Shown: positions 20,764 through 31,521 of the stretch, in pieces | How positions within the stretch are numbered: the stretch's first letter is position 1 | Layout of the letters: each line of letters opens with the position of its first letter | Assembly: GCA_039680575.1 (NCBI GenBank) | Contig: JBDKSP010000089.1 | Span: 1 to 64,000 of the forward strand | Source: Armatimonadota bacterium | GTDB lineage: Bacteria; Armatimonadota; UBA5829; DTLH01 | Length of the DNA stretch: 64,000 nt | Reading direction: 5' to 3' | Notes under the pieces: generated by a model | What the model was told of the DNA's origin: nothing | Databases searched by the model: none | Seen by the model: the letters and a program-made list of their open reading frames with translations, nothing else | Translations under genes and position numbers: made by a program

Positions 20764-21432
20764 TTAGTAAGCTCCGTCAGCAGATATTACAGCAGGAATA
20801 GTTTTGAGAAGTATTATGATGTCCAGCCAGATAGAGCGCGATTCGATGTATTTCAGATCAAGGTTTACCCACTCATCGAAGCTCAACTTGCTCCTGCCGC
20901 TTATCTGCCAGAGGCATGTAATGCCCGGAATTACGGAAAGCCGCCTGAGCTGCCATTCTTCATACTGCTCGACTTCATCAGGAAGCGGAGGACGCGGACC
21001 GACGAAAGACATATCACCTTTCAAGACGTTGAAGAGCTGCGGAAGCTCATCCAGGCTGTAGCGCCGCATGAATTTGCCGACGCGGGTGACTCTTGGATCG
21101 TTCCGTATCTTGAATATAGGCCCGGAGACCTCGTTCAGGTGAAGTATTTCGGTCTTCGACTTCTCGGCATCGATGCACATAGACCTGAACTTGTAGAAGA
21201 CGAACGCTCTACCGCCCAGACCAAGCCGCTTCTGCCGGAAAATAATCGCGCCGGGGGAGTCCACCCTTATACATATAACTATGAGCAGGAAAACAGGTGA
21301 AAGGATGAGCAGCAGAACCAACGCGCCGATGACATCAAGGGCGCGCTTAACGAGTTGATAACCTGAACGGCCATACGCCGCAGGTACACTCAAACTTTCG
21401 AGCGACACTTTCACTTTCTCCTGCCTATACAT
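20764..21432 (-). CDS. Bacterial sugar transferase (priming polyprenyl-phosphate glycosylphosphotransferase)
   Basis: KRALD, KFRSM, DPRVTRVG, SLDELPQL, GDMSFVGPRP, PGIT. Confidence 0.94.
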   Translation of the reverse strand: MYRQEKVKVSLESLSVPAAYGRSGYQLVKRALDVIGALVLLLILSPVFLLIVICIRVDSPGAIIFRQKRLGLGGRAFVFYKFRSMCIDAEKSKTEILHLNEVSGPIFKIRNDPRVTRVGKFMRRYSLDELPQLFNVLKGDMSFVGPRPPLPDEVEQYEEWQLRRLSVIPGITCLWQISGRSKLSFDEWVNLDLKYIESRSIWLDIIILLKTIPAVISADGAY

Positions 21433-21991
21433 CCCCTGCTATAATTCGATCCACCGCTTCAGAAAGATCGGCGGCGATAAGATCAGGAGCCGGATCGACC
21501 GCACCGGCATCACCGGCAGAAACCATACCGGAGAGCACCAGAACAGTCCTGCACCCGGCGGCTTGGCCTGCCTGCATGTCCTTGGCATTATCTCCAATAA
21601 AGACGGTATCCTCGATGTCTACCTTCATATCGCGGCCAGCCTGCAAAATCAGCCCTGGAGCAGGCTTTCTGCAGCCGCATTTATCTTCCGGCCTGTGATA
21701 ACAGTAATACGTGGCGGCAATCTCTCCGCCCGCATCTCTGACCTTGGAAAACATCAACCGGTCTATACCGGCAAGACCTTCCCTGGTCAGTAAACCTTTA
21801 CCAATGCAAGCCTGGTTCGAGATAACGACGGCCTTGAACCCTGCCGCGTGTAATCGCCTCAGCGCATCGAGCGACCCCGGCAAAAAACGAAACTCATCAG
21901 TATTTTTGACATAGTCGTCCCTGTTCTCATTGATGACTCCATCACGGTCAAGGAAGACTATTCGCGTCCGGTTATTTCCTGGTAAAGACAT
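21425..21991 (-). CDS. gmhB: D-glycero-manno-heptose-1,7-bisphosphate phosphatase
   Basis: FLDRDGVIN, SNQ, CxH...CxCRKP, IGD. Confidence 0.9.
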   Translation of the reverse strand: MSLPGNNRTRIVFLDRDGVINENRDDYVKNTDEFRFLPGSLDALRRLHAAGFKAVVISNQACIGKGLLTREGLAGIDRLMFSKVRDAGGEIAATYYCYHRPEDKCGCRKPAPGLILQAGRDMKVDIEDTVFIGDNAKDMQAGQAAGCRTVLVLSGMVSAGDAGAVDPAPDLIAADLSEAVDRIIAGDV

Positions 21992-22548
21992 GTAAAAATC
22001 AAGTGCGAAAGTACTACGTGGACATCTTCGACCTGTTGCATACTGTTACTCGGCACTACGACCGGCTTATCAGCTATTTCAGCGAGTCGCCCGCCGCCGA
22101 TGCCAGTCAGACCGATTGTCGTAACTCCCCCGGACTTAGCGACTTCCACAGCGCGTAGGATATTAGGAGAATTACCGCTTCCGCTTATGACGATCAACAC
22201 ATCGCCCGGGTTGGCCCACGTCGCAACCTGCTCCGCAAATATATTTGAATAATCGGTATCATTGGCCCAGGCCGTTATAGTAGCAACACCGTCATTAAGC
22301 GATAAAACACGAAATTTTTGATTACCGAGGCACCCGATCCCTTTTTGCAGATCGCAGGCCAGGTGAGACGCGGTAGCAGCGCTCCCGCCGTTCCCGCAGA
22401 TCATAACCTGTTTTCCTTCTTCGTAAGCACGCTTGATAGTTTGGACCAGATCACCAACCGTGTCCGACGGAAGCTCGGAAATAAGCCTCGCTACATCACC
22501 TAAATAACTGCTGATAAGGTTTAAACGGTCCGCGGCGACTATATGCAT
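21958..22548 (-). CDS. gmhA: Sedoheptulose-7-phosphate isomerase
   Basis: CGNGGSAA.ASH, AND, ISGSGNS.N, QVEDVH. Confidence 0.88.
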   Translation of the reverse strand: MHIVAADRLNLISSYLGDVARLISELPSDTVGDLVQTIKRAYEEGKQVMICGNGGSAATASHLACDLQKGIGCLGNQKFRVLSLNDGVATITAWANDTDYSNIFAEQVATWANPGDVLIVISGSGNSPNILRAVEVAKSGGVTTIGLTGIGGGRLAEIADKPVVVPSNSMQQVEDVHVVLSHLIFTCLYQEITGRE

Positions 22549-22595
22549 CCTGCATCCCTCCATCTGTGTAACCACCAATCATTTAGTAATGCCCA

Positions 22596-23573
22596 TTATC
22601 GACGGACATTAAAGATGACCTTGCTTCCGTCTCGCTCAAGTCGAAACGGAAGCTCCTTGAGGTTTGCAAGCGCCTTACGGACCCTGTTCTGATAAGCCGG
22701 CTGGCAATAAAGCAGTAAAAACCCGCCGCCGCCGGCTCCGGCTACCTTTCCGCCGGTCGCACCGGCCTTCAAAGCCTTCTCGTAAAGCTCGTCTATATAA
22801 CTATTACTAATGTTCGATGCCAGAGATTTCTTGAGATTCCATCCTGCGCTCAGGATATTGCCCAGCCGGTTAACTCTTGAACCGATAAGACAATCGCGCA
22901 CGGTATATGCCTGATCGCGCATCTTCCTCAGCACGGACATTTTGTCCGCTATGTTTTCTTTCTGCTCAGCCAGCACTCCGCTCGACTTTCGCGTGATGCC
23001 TGTATAAAACAGCATCAGGCTTTCATCGAGTTGTCTCCGACGAAAACCGTCCATTTCCAACGGTTGGACAGTCACGCTGCCGTCTCTTATAAATTTGATG
23101 CAGCGTATACCGCCATAAGCCGCAATATACTGGTCCTGCTTTCCAATCGGCTTGCCGAGCACGTTGATCTCGATCTCACATGCTTCTCTTGCCAGGATCT
23201 CAGCCGGTTTGATCTCCCCTCTATACGCATAGAGCGCATTCAGGAGACCGACCGTGACCGTGCTCGATGACCCCAGGCCGGAACCTTCCGAAGGCACATC
23301 GGCCATTGTGGAAATCTCGATCCCGCTTTTTATACCTACTTTCCGCAGACTCTCTCGAACCAGTTCATGCTCGATCTCAGTGACATCGTTGACCATTTCT
23401 GTTCGGGAGTAACCTACGCGGATATTGTCATCGAAACGTTCCTTTACGATGACGTAGATATATTTATCAATTGCGGATGAAACAACGCATCCTTCTTCTC
23501 TTGCATAAAAGTCGGCGAAGTCTGTGCCCCCGCCGGCGAAACTGATGCGTAAAGGAGTCTGGGTAATGATCAT
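22596..23573 (-). CDS. hddA: D-glycero-alpha-D-manno-heptose-7-phosphate kinase (GHMP)
   Basis: [32 protein letters not shown]. Confidence 0.88.
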   Translation of the reverse strand: MIITQTPLRISFAGGGTDFADFYAREEGCVVSSAIDKYIYVIVKERFDDNIRVGYSRTEMVNDVTEIEHELVRESLRKVGIKSGIEISTMADVPSEGSGLGSSSTVTVGLLNALYAYRGEIKPAEILAREACEIEINVLGKPIGKQDQYIAAYGGIRCIKFIRDGSVTVQPLEMDGFRRRQLDESLMLFYTGITRKSSGVLAEQKENIADKMSVLRKMRDQAYTVRDCLIGSRVNRLGNILSAGWNLKKSLASNISNSYIDELYEKALKAGATGGKVAGAGGGGFLLLYCQPAYQNRVRKALANLKELPFRLERDGSKVIFNVRR

Positions 23574-23674
23574 CCTTTTCTCCAGTTCTGGTTGTATTTT
23601 AACATATGCAGGCTATGAGCTTCAAGGCTACCCTAAAGGATTTTCCTTCACAGACGTGTAAGTTTACCCAAGAT

Positions 23675-23702
23675 GGAAGAGTTTCAGGTGTCACCTGAAA
23701 CC
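23675..23702 (+). repeat. Partial family A element (second hairpin)
   Basis: GGAAGAGTTTCAGGTG t CACCTGAAACC. Confidence 0.5.
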
Positions 23703-23766
23703 AATAAATAACGCTTTTTCACAATGGACTGCGTATGTATAATAGGTTTACAGGAGGCATAGCAAC

Positions 23767-24894
23767 TTGAGGATATTAAAAAAAGCTGAGTTGAAAGGCA
23801 TCCTTGGGATGTTTTTCTTTGCATTCTTGCTTGGAGCAGTAATACTCACTCTGACCGGCACACTTACACAGTGGTTCGGCTGGCGGCTGCCGTGGGAGAA
23901 GTCGATTACGAACAAGATAGTATTTGTTTCCAACAGAAACGGCCACCCGGATATATGGATAATGAACCCGGACGGATCAGAACAGAAGCCACTTACAGAC
24001 GATGAGTTCGTGGACTCCGACCCGTTAGTCTCTCCCGATAGCTACATGATCGTATTCGTATCGTCACGCGGGCAGGACGGCTCACAAATTTATGCAATGG
24101 ACGTTGATGGCTCACACCTGCACAGGATCTCGAAGATATCGGGGGCTAAATCCCAGGTCAGCTTCAGCCATGACGGAAGTGAGCTAACTTTCTTGTGCGG
24201 CGGCGAACTGTGGCGTATCGGATCGGATGGAAGCATGCCCGGACGGGTCCTTCCTACTCAACAGGAAGCCTCGATCGCGCGCATGAACGGCACAAAAGCC
24301 TACTATGTCTGGGCGGAGAGATCACCTGACGGTAAACAACTGGCTGGGGTGAGGTCTGCTGACGACAAACAGGAGGCCGTTTTGATGAATGACAATGCTG
24401 ATGCGCCCAAGATACTGACTCCGACCACGGACCGGGGCGCACTTCCCATTACCGAAGAGCAGGTCTTTGGGAAATGGAACCCCGGCGAAGCAAAACTGGC
24501 GCTGACTATGACCGACTCAAAGGGAACAGGTCTTCTACTAGTGGTCGATGTTGAAAACAACGATATACCGGTACTATACAACGGCAATGCGCTGATCGAC
24601 CCCACATGGTCCGCCGATGGCAGTAAAATCGCGGCAGTGGAAATCAAGAGAAGGAATGCGAACGATTACATCCCCACAAAACTAATGTCACTCGATATTT
24701 CAAAACGAGAAGCGAAGGTTGTCGACAAGGGTGAAATAACCGACGCAGGATGGGCTACCTCCGGTGAAGTCATCACCTACTGTAAAAACGGTGATATCTA
24801 CTCCGCTGATGTTGAGACCGGAAAGATCACGAACCTGACCAAAGGCAAAGGCAATAACACCAGCCCGGCATGGGCTCCGTCAGCAGAGAAGTAG
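23767..24894 (+). CDS. TolB-like beta-propeller protein with N-terminal TM
   Basis: KIVFVSNRNG..DIWIMNPDGS, SPD/WSADG repeats, SPAW. Confidence 0.85.
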   Translation: MRILKKAELKGILGMFFFAFLLGAVILTLTGTLTQWFGWRLPWEKSITNKIVFVSNRNGHPDIWIMNPDGSEQKPLTDDEFVDSDPLVSPDSYMIVFVSSRGQDGSQIYAMDVDGSHLHRISKISGAKSQVSFSHDGSELTFLCGGELWRIGSDGSMPGRVLPTQQEASIARMNGTKAYYVWAERSPDGKQLAGVRSADDKQEAVLMNDNADAPKILTPTTDRGALPITEEQVFGKWNPGEAKLALTMTDSKGTGLLLVVDVENNDIPVLYNGNALIDPTWSADGSKIAAVEIKRRNANDYIPTKLMSLDISKREAKVVDKGEITDAGWATSGEVITYCKNGDIYSADVETGKITNLTKGKGNNTSPAWAPSAEK

Positions 24895-26076
24895 ATGCTC
24901 ATAAACGACCCATATCTCAGGCACCAGTTAATCCCGTATATTGGCAATAAAAGAAAGCTCCTTCCGATGATCCAGTCGGCGGTAGAAGCCACCGGGCTGA
25001 AAAACGGCGTTTTCTGCGACCTTTTTGCAGGAAGCGGCGTCGTTTCCAGGTTCGCCAAGCGGATGGGCTTTCGTGTCATATCGAACGACTGGGAACCTTA
25101 CACAGAGAAGATCAATCTCGCGTACATCGAAGCGAACCAGCCGCCTGCATTCACAGCATTCGGCGGGATCGGTCCCGTTTTCCAGAAACTGAACGCATTA
25201 TCACTGGTCCGGGGCTACATAGCGACGCACTACTGCCCAATGGACGATGAAAACCCGGACTTCAGACGCGAGCGGATGTTTTACACGCAGGAAAACGGGC
25301 AAAAGATCGATGCGATCCGCGAAGAAATCAGCTCGTGGCGCAAGTCCGGGCTCATCGACCGAATGGAAGAGGCCGTACTCCTCGCTCCGCTCATCTACCA
25401 GGCGTCCTACTGCAGCAACACATCGGGTGTCTTCAAAGGGTTCCACCATGGATGGGGAGGCCGGACAAGCACCGCTCTCTACCGAATTCGAAGCAAACTC
25501 GCCATATCGCCGCCGGTATTCTACGACAACGGTCAGGCTAATGCTGCAATGAGGGAAAACGCCCTGGAAGTCGCAGAGAAGATTGATTGCGATATAGCCT
25601 ATATCGACCCTCCCTACAATCAGCACCAGTACGGCTCGAACTATCACCTGCTGAACACCGTTACGCTGTGGGACAAGCCACCAGTCAGCAGATACATCCT
25701 GCCCGGAAGCAAATCAGCGATCCGGCTGGACTGGCGTACTCTCCGGCGCAGCCCTTATTGCTACAAATCAACGGCATTACCGGCATTTTCAGAGCTTGTG
25801 GCCAGAATCCGTGCTCGTTACGTCTTGGTAAGTTATAGTACTGATGGGATTATACCAACCGATGAACTGCTCCAGTTACTGGGCGCCCGAGGCAGCCTTA
25901 TGTTACTGACCAGGCAGTATAAACGTTATCGTGTGAGCAGCCAAAGGCCTTCGCCCAAGCCGCACACCATCGAGTTTGTCGCCATAATCGATACCGCCGC
26001 TCGAAGCAAGCCGAAAGATATAGACCGCGCGGTAGAATCTATACGTGAAGCCGGCATCGGCCGGCAGGACTCTTGA
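24895..26076 (+). CDS. N6-adenine DNA methyltransferase (D12 class), no cognate nuclease adjacent
   Basis: YIGNKRKLL, DLFAGSG.VS, SND, YIDPPYN, SYS. Confidence 0.9.
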   Translation: MLINDPYLRHQLIPYIGNKRKLLPMIQSAVEATGLKNGVFCDLFAGSGVVSRFAKRMGFRVISNDWEPYTEKINLAYIEANQPPAFTAFGGIGPVFQKLNALSLVRGYIATHYCPMDDENPDFRRERMFYTQENGQKIDAIREEISSWRKSGLIDRMEEAVLLAPLIYQASYCSNTSGVFKGFHHGWGGRTSTALYRIRSKLAISPPVFYDNGQANAAMRENALEVAEKIDCDIAYIDPPYNQHQYGSNYHLLNTVTLWDKPPVSRYILPGSKSAIRLDWRTLRRSPYCYKSTALPAFSELVARIRARYVLVSYSTDGIIPTDELLQLLGARGSLMLLTRQYKRYRVSSQRPSPKPHTIEFVAIIDTAARSKPKDIDRAVESIREAGIGRQDS

Positions 26077-26088
26077 AAGGGGAAACAG

Positions 26089-26769
26089 TTGAGAATATTT
26101 GTTTGTATTGCATTAGTCCTCGCAACTCTGGCTGCTGGACCTGTTTTGGCCGATAGGATAATATTCGCGCCTACCGGCACTACACTCTCTGCGGGTGAGG
26201 TCAAGGCTGAAGCAGCCACAAGCCCGTCGAACGACGATTCCAAGATATACTGGGTGGGGCTCGGCCTGCAGAATTTCGAAGTGAACGCGATCAGGTTCGA
26301 TTTTAAGAACGACAGCCCTACAGTTACCAAGAACAGAAGCAGAACGATAGTCAATTTCGACACCTCACTGGATGAAGAAGATTACGACATCGTGAACGCG
26401 CAGCTCGGGCTTATACCTGAGACAACCCTCACTCCTGCCATAAGCATCGGGACCTGGGACCTTACGGATAAAACTGCCGATGGGACCGGCTATTTCCTTG
26501 CGTTCAGCAAAGCAGTACCCCTTACAAAGGAACTGCCCCTGCCTGTAAGCGATGTCAAAGTCCATGCAGGATTCGGCATCAGCGGGATGGATAATATTTT
26601 TGGCGGTGCAGAGGCATCTTTGCCGCTTGGACTTAAGGTTTCTGCGGAATACTTCCAAAAGGACTTTAACTACGCTTTAGGCTGGGGACCTGTCGCAGGG
26701 CTGCAGCTCAAAGCGTACATCCTGGACGGAGAGACATACTACGGGCTGAAATTCTCATCTCCGCTCTAA
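26089..26769 (+). CDS. Secreted/outer-membrane beta-rich hypothetical protein
   Basis: Signal peptide; alternating beta-strand pattern; PETTLTPAISIG.WD. Confidence 0.7.
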   Translation: MRIFVCIALVLATLAAGPVLADRIIFAPTGTTLSAGEVKAEAATSPSNDDSKIYWVGLGLQNFEVNAIRFDFKNDSPTVTKNRSRTIVNFDTSLDEEDYDIVNAQLGLIPETTLTPAISIGTWDLTDKTADGTGYFLAFSKAVPLTKELPLPVSDVKVHAGFGISGMDNIFGGAEASLPLGLKVSAEYFQKDFNYALGWGPVAGLQLKAYILDGETYYGLKFSSPL

Positions 26770-26955
26770 TTCTTCTCCGTTCGGGGGTCTTTAGTCACGA
26801 GATAGGGAACAGTGAATAGCGAGGATAGGTGGAGATTCAGGGATGCCACTGGCTTGCTTTCTTATGCATCGGGATAACATCCCGATGCACGACATTCTCC
26901 AATTCCTTTTCTCCCTTTCGTGATAAAAATGATCCGTCCGAGACGGGGGGAAGAT

Positions 26956-27948
26956 ATGAGATTTGCGGTAATCGGCTGCGGTGAGGCAGGCAGCAGGAGA
27001 GCAGCAGCTATAGACTCCGTAGAAAGCGCCGAGGTTATCGTCTGCGTGGATATGGTGAGAAGCCGCGCAGAGAACCTGGCCCGGCGCTTCGGAGCTGATT
27101 CATCTACTGACTGGAGATCATCCATCGTAAGGGCCGATGTAGACGCTGTAGTCATCGCCACATCCAACAACCTTCATGCTGCAATCGCCCTGGCATCTGC
27201 TGAAGCCGGGAAGCATATCCTGTGCGAGCGCCCTCTGGCACGGAACCCGTCCGAGGGAGCACGGATGATTGGAGCAGCGCAAGAGTACAAAGTCAGACTG
27301 AGGACCGGGTTCAGCCGCCGTTATCATCCTGCAGTCATCAAAACTCGAAACATCATAAATGAAGGCCGTATAGGTAGGATTCTCTTCATCCGCGGCAGGA
27401 CAAGCCGCGGAGGCTACACGGAGCGCCCGGCGGACTGGATGGTCGATTGCGAGCTTTCAGGCGGCGGTACACTGCTCGACAACGGCATGGACCTGATAGA
27501 CCTCTGCCGGTTCTTTATGGGTGATTTCAAGCAGGTAACAGGGCGGGCGGCGGCATTGATGCTGCCGATAGAGCCATGCGAAGATAATGCGTTCGCGATC
27601 CTCACCACATCGGACAACCGGTCAGCCATTATTCACTCCTCCTGGACTGATTGTGTAGGCTATCTCTCTATGGACCTCTCCGGGACGGAGGGATACATCA
27701 AGCTCGACTATGATAACGCCACCGTCACCGTCGGATTAAAGCCGGGAGAGGTCGGGGCGGGGCTTGAGGAAGTCTTCGATCTTTCACTGGAACCGGACCG
27801 TTCACTCGCAATGGAGGTAGAGGATATGGTGCATGCTGTCGCTGAAGGCCGCAGGCCTATGGAGACTGGATTGGACGGGCAGGAAGCCCTGACTATAGCC
27901 CACGCGGTCTACCGATCATCCGACACTGGCACAGTCGTGAGAGTGTAG
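26956..27948 (+). CDS. Gfo/Idh/MocA oxidoreductase
   Basis: AVIGCG, DAVVIAT...H, GKHILCERP, GGGTLLD.G. Confidence 0.9.
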   Translation: MRFAVIGCGEAGSRRAAAIDSVESAEVIVCVDMVRSRAENLARRFGADSSTDWRSSIVRADVDAVVIATSNNLHAAIALASAEAGKHILCERPLARNPSEGARMIGAAQEYKVRLRTGFSRRYHPAVIKTRNIINEGRIGRILFIRGRTSRGGYTERPADWMVDCELSGGGTLLDNGMDLIDLCRFFMGDFKQVTGRAAALMLPIEPCEDNAFAILTTSDNRSAIIHSSWTDCVGYLSMDLSGTEGYIKLDYDNATVTVGLKPGEVGAGLEEVFDLSLEPDRSLAMEVEDMVHAVAEGRRPMETGLDGQEALTIAHAVYRSSDTGTVVRV

Positions 27949-27960
27949 GTTTTCTGCTAC

Positions 27961-29187
27961 CTATGGCTTCTCCAGATGGAACGCGTTATGGAGCGCCTTG
28001 ACGGACTGTTTCACATAATCTTTGTTTATAAGGCAGGTAATGCGGATTTCACTTGTGGAGATCCCGAGGATATTTATACCTTCGTCCGCGAGCGCGCCGA
28101 ACATCTTTGCCGCGTATCCGGGATGGCTGCGTATTCCGCTCCCGATGATGGATATTTTCGCCACGTTTTGATCAGTGAACAACTCTTTGGCGCCCATTTC
28201 CTCAATTAGGGGGGAAAGTATGCGCTTCGCTTTTTCAAGATCGGGCAGCGCAACCGTAAAGGATATGTCGGTCAACCCTGAGGTGACGGACATATTCTGA
28301 ACGATAATATCTACATTAATACTGTTATCGGCCAGCGATTGGAACAGCTTATATGCAACCCCGGCTCTGTCGGGCACAGACATGACAGTCAGTCTTGCAG
28401 TGTCGGCATCATGTGCAATCCCGCGCACTGGATTTCGTATTTCCATACCAGTGTCCTCCTTTTTGATTATGGTGCCTGGCGAATCATTTGAGCTGTTGGC
28501 AACCAGTATCTCAACATCATAAAGTTCGCCGAGCTCCACTGCTCGGGAATGCATTACTTTCGCGCCTTGTACAGCCATTTCGAGCATCTCTTCGTAGCAG
28601 ATGCTATCAAGCTTAACGGCGTTTGGTTCCAATCGAGGATCGGCGGAGTATACGCCATCTACATCGGTGTATATCTCGCATTTGTCGGCCTTAAGCGCTG
28701 CTGCGAGCGCTACAGCTGTCGTATCGGACCCGCCGCGTCCGAGTGTTGTAATATCAGCCCAGCTTGCGTTCTCTGTTATACCCTGGAATCCGGCGACAAC
28801 GACGACTTTACCGTTGTTTAGTTCTTCTTCTACGCGTCCGGGATCGATCTTGAGGATGCGGGCTTTACTCGGCACTCTTTCCGTGATGATTCCGGCCTGT
28901 CCACCTGTGAGAGATACCGCCCGAACACCTTCGGACTGCAGCGCAATAGTCAGGAGCGCGCTCGACATCTGCTCGCCGGTTGCCAAGAGCTTATCGAGTT
29001 CTCTGCCGTCGGGCATGGCGCTCAGTTCCTTAGCCATTGAGAGCAGATCATCTGTGGTGTCACCCATTGCAGAGACTACGACCACCACGCTGGCATCTTT
29101 GGCGGCAATGGCTGCCCGCTTTGCTACGTTACGAATCTTTTCAGTGTTGGAGACTGAACTACCGCCGTACTTCTGGACTATAATCAC
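27961..29187 (-). CDS. lysC: Aspartate kinase
   Basis: [40 protein letters not shown], two ACT domains. Confidence 0.96.
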   Translation of the reverse strand: MIIVQKYGGSSVSNTEKIRNVAKRAAIAAKDASVVVVVSAMGDTTDDLLSMAKELSAMPDGRELDKLLATGEQMSSALLTIALQSEGVRAVSLTGGQAGIITERVPSKARILKIDPGRVEEELNNGKVVVVAGFQGITENASWADITTLGRGGSDTTAVALAAALKADKCEIYTDVDGVYSADPRLEPNAVKLDSICYEEMLEMAVQGAKVMHSRAVELGELYDVEILVANSSNDSPGTIIKKEDTGMEIRNPVRGIAHDADTARLTVMSVPDRAGVAYKLFQSLADNSINVDIIVQNMSVTSGLTDISFTVALPDLEKAKRILSPLIEEMGAKELFTDQNVAKISIIGSGIRSHPGYAAKMFGALADEGINILGISTSEIRITCLINKDYVKQSVKALHNAFHLEKP

Positions 29188-29449
29188 GGAATCGCCTTCC
29201 TATAAACCTCTGGTGATTAATATCACTTGAAGGTCTAAAAGGATTTTTGATGATCCCTAGATGAGTAACCGGTAATTCACTGCATTGACTGCAAAACCGG
29301 CACCTGTACTCATGCATAACGGACCACGCTTAATAGAATAACACATCACACAAAAAGGTGTAAAGAAAGAAAGACCAAGTAACAGTTCACTCTTAATGAG
29401 AGATCTTACATCAAATTGCACAACCAACACATCACAATAGATAGAAGCA

Positions 29450-29578
29450 CGTCATTCCGAACTTGATTCGGAATCCAGGAAGATTATGGACCCTGAATCA
29501 AGTTCAGGGTGACGTTGTGGCCATTTGGAATGACGTTGTGATAATTCAGCATGATGTTATACTTATCAACAGTGAGCT
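29450..29578. repeat. Family B REP/MITE-like copy
   Basis: CGTCATTCCGAACTTGATTCGGAATCCAGG...GGACCCTGAATCAAGTTCAGGGTGACG plus about 21-bp periodic tail. Confidence 0.85.
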
Positions 29579-29615
29579 ATTACCAACTTTCGGATTTAAC
29601 CCAATTGCCTTATCT

Positions 29616-30707
29616 CTACTTTCCGACCTTCCACAAGCGGGAAACTTCGTTTACGAACCAAACTACGGGTTTGCACACCGAGTCCATGGATGCTGCAAAG
29701 CCTACATCCGTAGTCTGCAGCTTTACCGGCGCCCCGTTTGGAGGCGTGGGGTTGTCCATAGACATGGATTCCTTGAAATTGAGGTCATCCAGGCTGGCTG
29801 CCCAGCGCTTATTGGCTTTGAAATATCTCTTCTGAGCGTAATAGACTTCCATCAGGTAGTCGCGTACCGGCTCATCGGGGTCACGGACGAACTCGGCCTC
29901 TCCTTTACCGGCCTGGATGTCCGTAAACTGCACATATCCCCATCTTTCCGGCTGATGGATGTTGCGGGCGTACTGAGGCGTCCATGTCTGGTCGTTCGAG
30001 AGCCTGTTTTTCACCTTTTCATACTTGCTGTCGACGATCTCGTGGTCCCACTCGACCCGCGAGAAGTTGACTCTCCACTGGTCTCCCTCTCCCGGAGGAG
30101 TCCGCATATAAGCGCATTCCCTCAGCACTGCCCAGGGGATCGCAAACTCCACTGTCCAGCCCTTGTCCACGTCGCTCGAATCGTTAAGCGTGCCGTCTAC
30201 ATGCACAGCGTGCTTTAAACCGTTGATGTCCCAGTTATAAATCGCGGGAGCGCCGTCACGGTAGGGCTTTACCAAAAACAGGTCCCATACGGTATTGAGC
30301 ACGTTTATCTCGATCTCGTAGTAGAGATGGGTATCGCCGTCCGGGTCGATGAACACCTCGAAGTCATTATCCATGTATATAATCGAGTCGCGCTTCGTGA
30401 GAGTCCCCCACACATGCGGCTCCTCCATCTCGGCGGCGATGTAGAAATACTCATCGTCCCACAGCATCTTCACCCTTGTCTTGTATCTCGGCGCCGGTCT
30501 TACATCTCCTTCGATATCGGCGAAATAGTTCGTCCACGGAGCGTTTTCCCAGGACTCTTCGTCCATTTTGCCGTCTATTTCAATCGGGCCGGATGCACGG
30601 TAGCAAATATAGCCGTACGGCGGCCTGATAGGATGCTCAGGCTGTTCAGGATACCTCTCGGCAACTACTGCCTCAGGTGTAGTGTCTGATTTTGACTCGC
30701 TATTCAA
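29616..30707 (-). CDS. Carbohydrate-binding family 9-like (CBM9/DOMON-like) protein
   Basis: IDGKMDE..W..APWT, TRVKMLWDD, DNDFEVFIDPDGD, WTVEFAIPW, WRVNFSR. Confidence 0.85.
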   Translation of the reverse strand: MNSESKSDTTPEAVVAERYPEQPEHPIRPPYGYICYRASGPIEIDGKMDEESWENAPWTNYFADIEGDVRPAPRYKTRVKMLWDDEYFYIAAEMEEPHVWGTLTKRDSIIYMDNDFEVFIDPDGDTHLYYEIEINVLNTVWDLFLVKPYRDGAPAIYNWDINGLKHAVHVDGTLNDSSDVDKGWTVEFAIPWAVLRECAYMRTPPGEGDQWRVNFSRVEWDHEIVDSKYEKVKNRLSNDQTWTPQYARNIHQPERWGYVQFTDIQAGKGEAEFVRDPDEPVRDYLMEVYYAQKRYFKANKRWAASLDDLNFKESMSMDNPTPPNGAPVKLQTTDVGFAASMDSVCKPVVWFVNEVSRLWKVGK

Positions 30708-30845
30708 AATGACTTTCTCCTCAATTTCGTTTTCTGACTTTAATGATTTCTATAGCGGCGGTCTAATTCCTCTATAACGGTTGGAACAATTGTCTAGCGA
30801 GAATGCAGCATATGCCTTATAATCGTATAAAACGAGGGTTGAGTA

Positions 30846-31400
30846 ATGAGCATATTTTCGACAGTGGAAACCGAGAGACTGATCTTGAGACCACTTGCGC
30901 CTCAGGATGTAGATTTCATATACAGGCACTTTTCGGATGAAGATGTCTGCAGGTATCTGTTCGACGCTGAGCCGCTGACAAGTATCGATGGGGCGCAGGC
31001 GATAATCGACTTCTACATGAGTTCGGAAAAGAACGACCGGAACAGGTGGTGCATCATCAACAAGGAATCCAATAAAACGATCGGTACATGCGGTTATCAC
31101 CGTTGGGATAAAACGAATAACATAGCGGAGCTTGGTTATGACATGGAACGCGAATCATGGGGACATGGCTATATGCAGGAAGCCCTGAACGCGGCGTTCA
31201 AGGCAGGTTTCTGCAATACGAACCTGAACCGGATAGAGGCATTCACATCCGTTGAGAACGAAAGGTCCATCAAGATTCTAAAAAGGCTTGGATTTACCGA
31301 AGAAGGAATTATCAGAGACAAGCATTATTTCCGGGGAGAGTATTACGATCATTACTGCTTTTCACTCCTAAGGCGAGAGTGGACCGGCAACTGCGTTTGA
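30846..31400 (+). CDS. GNAT acetyltransferase, RimJ/RimL family
   Basis: ETERLILR, ELGY, WGHGYMQEA, NERS...L.RLGF.EEG. Confidence 0.9.
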   Translation: MSIFSTVETERLILRPLAPQDVDFIYRHFSDEDVCRYLFDAEPLTSIDGAQAIIDFYMSSEKNDRNRWCIINKESNKTIGTCGYHRWDKTNNIAELGYDMERESWGHGYMQEALNAAFKAGFCNTNLNRIEAFTSVENERSIKILKRLGFTEEGIIRDKHYFRGEYYDHYCFSLLRREWTGNCV

Positions 31401-31521
31401 GCTAATAACAGCTATACCGTGTCTGTCCGGCCTGTCTTGCCGAAGGAGCGCTGCCCGGTATACGGGTTGAAGATTTGCGCATATGTCAGTGGCTCGACCA
31501 TTTCAGTTGTTTTTCAGCTCC

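Noticed and set aside
29190..29400. Lysine riboswitch upstream of lysC
   Set aside because: Only one hairpin; the multi-stem ~170-nt L-box architecture and conserved ends are not recognisable
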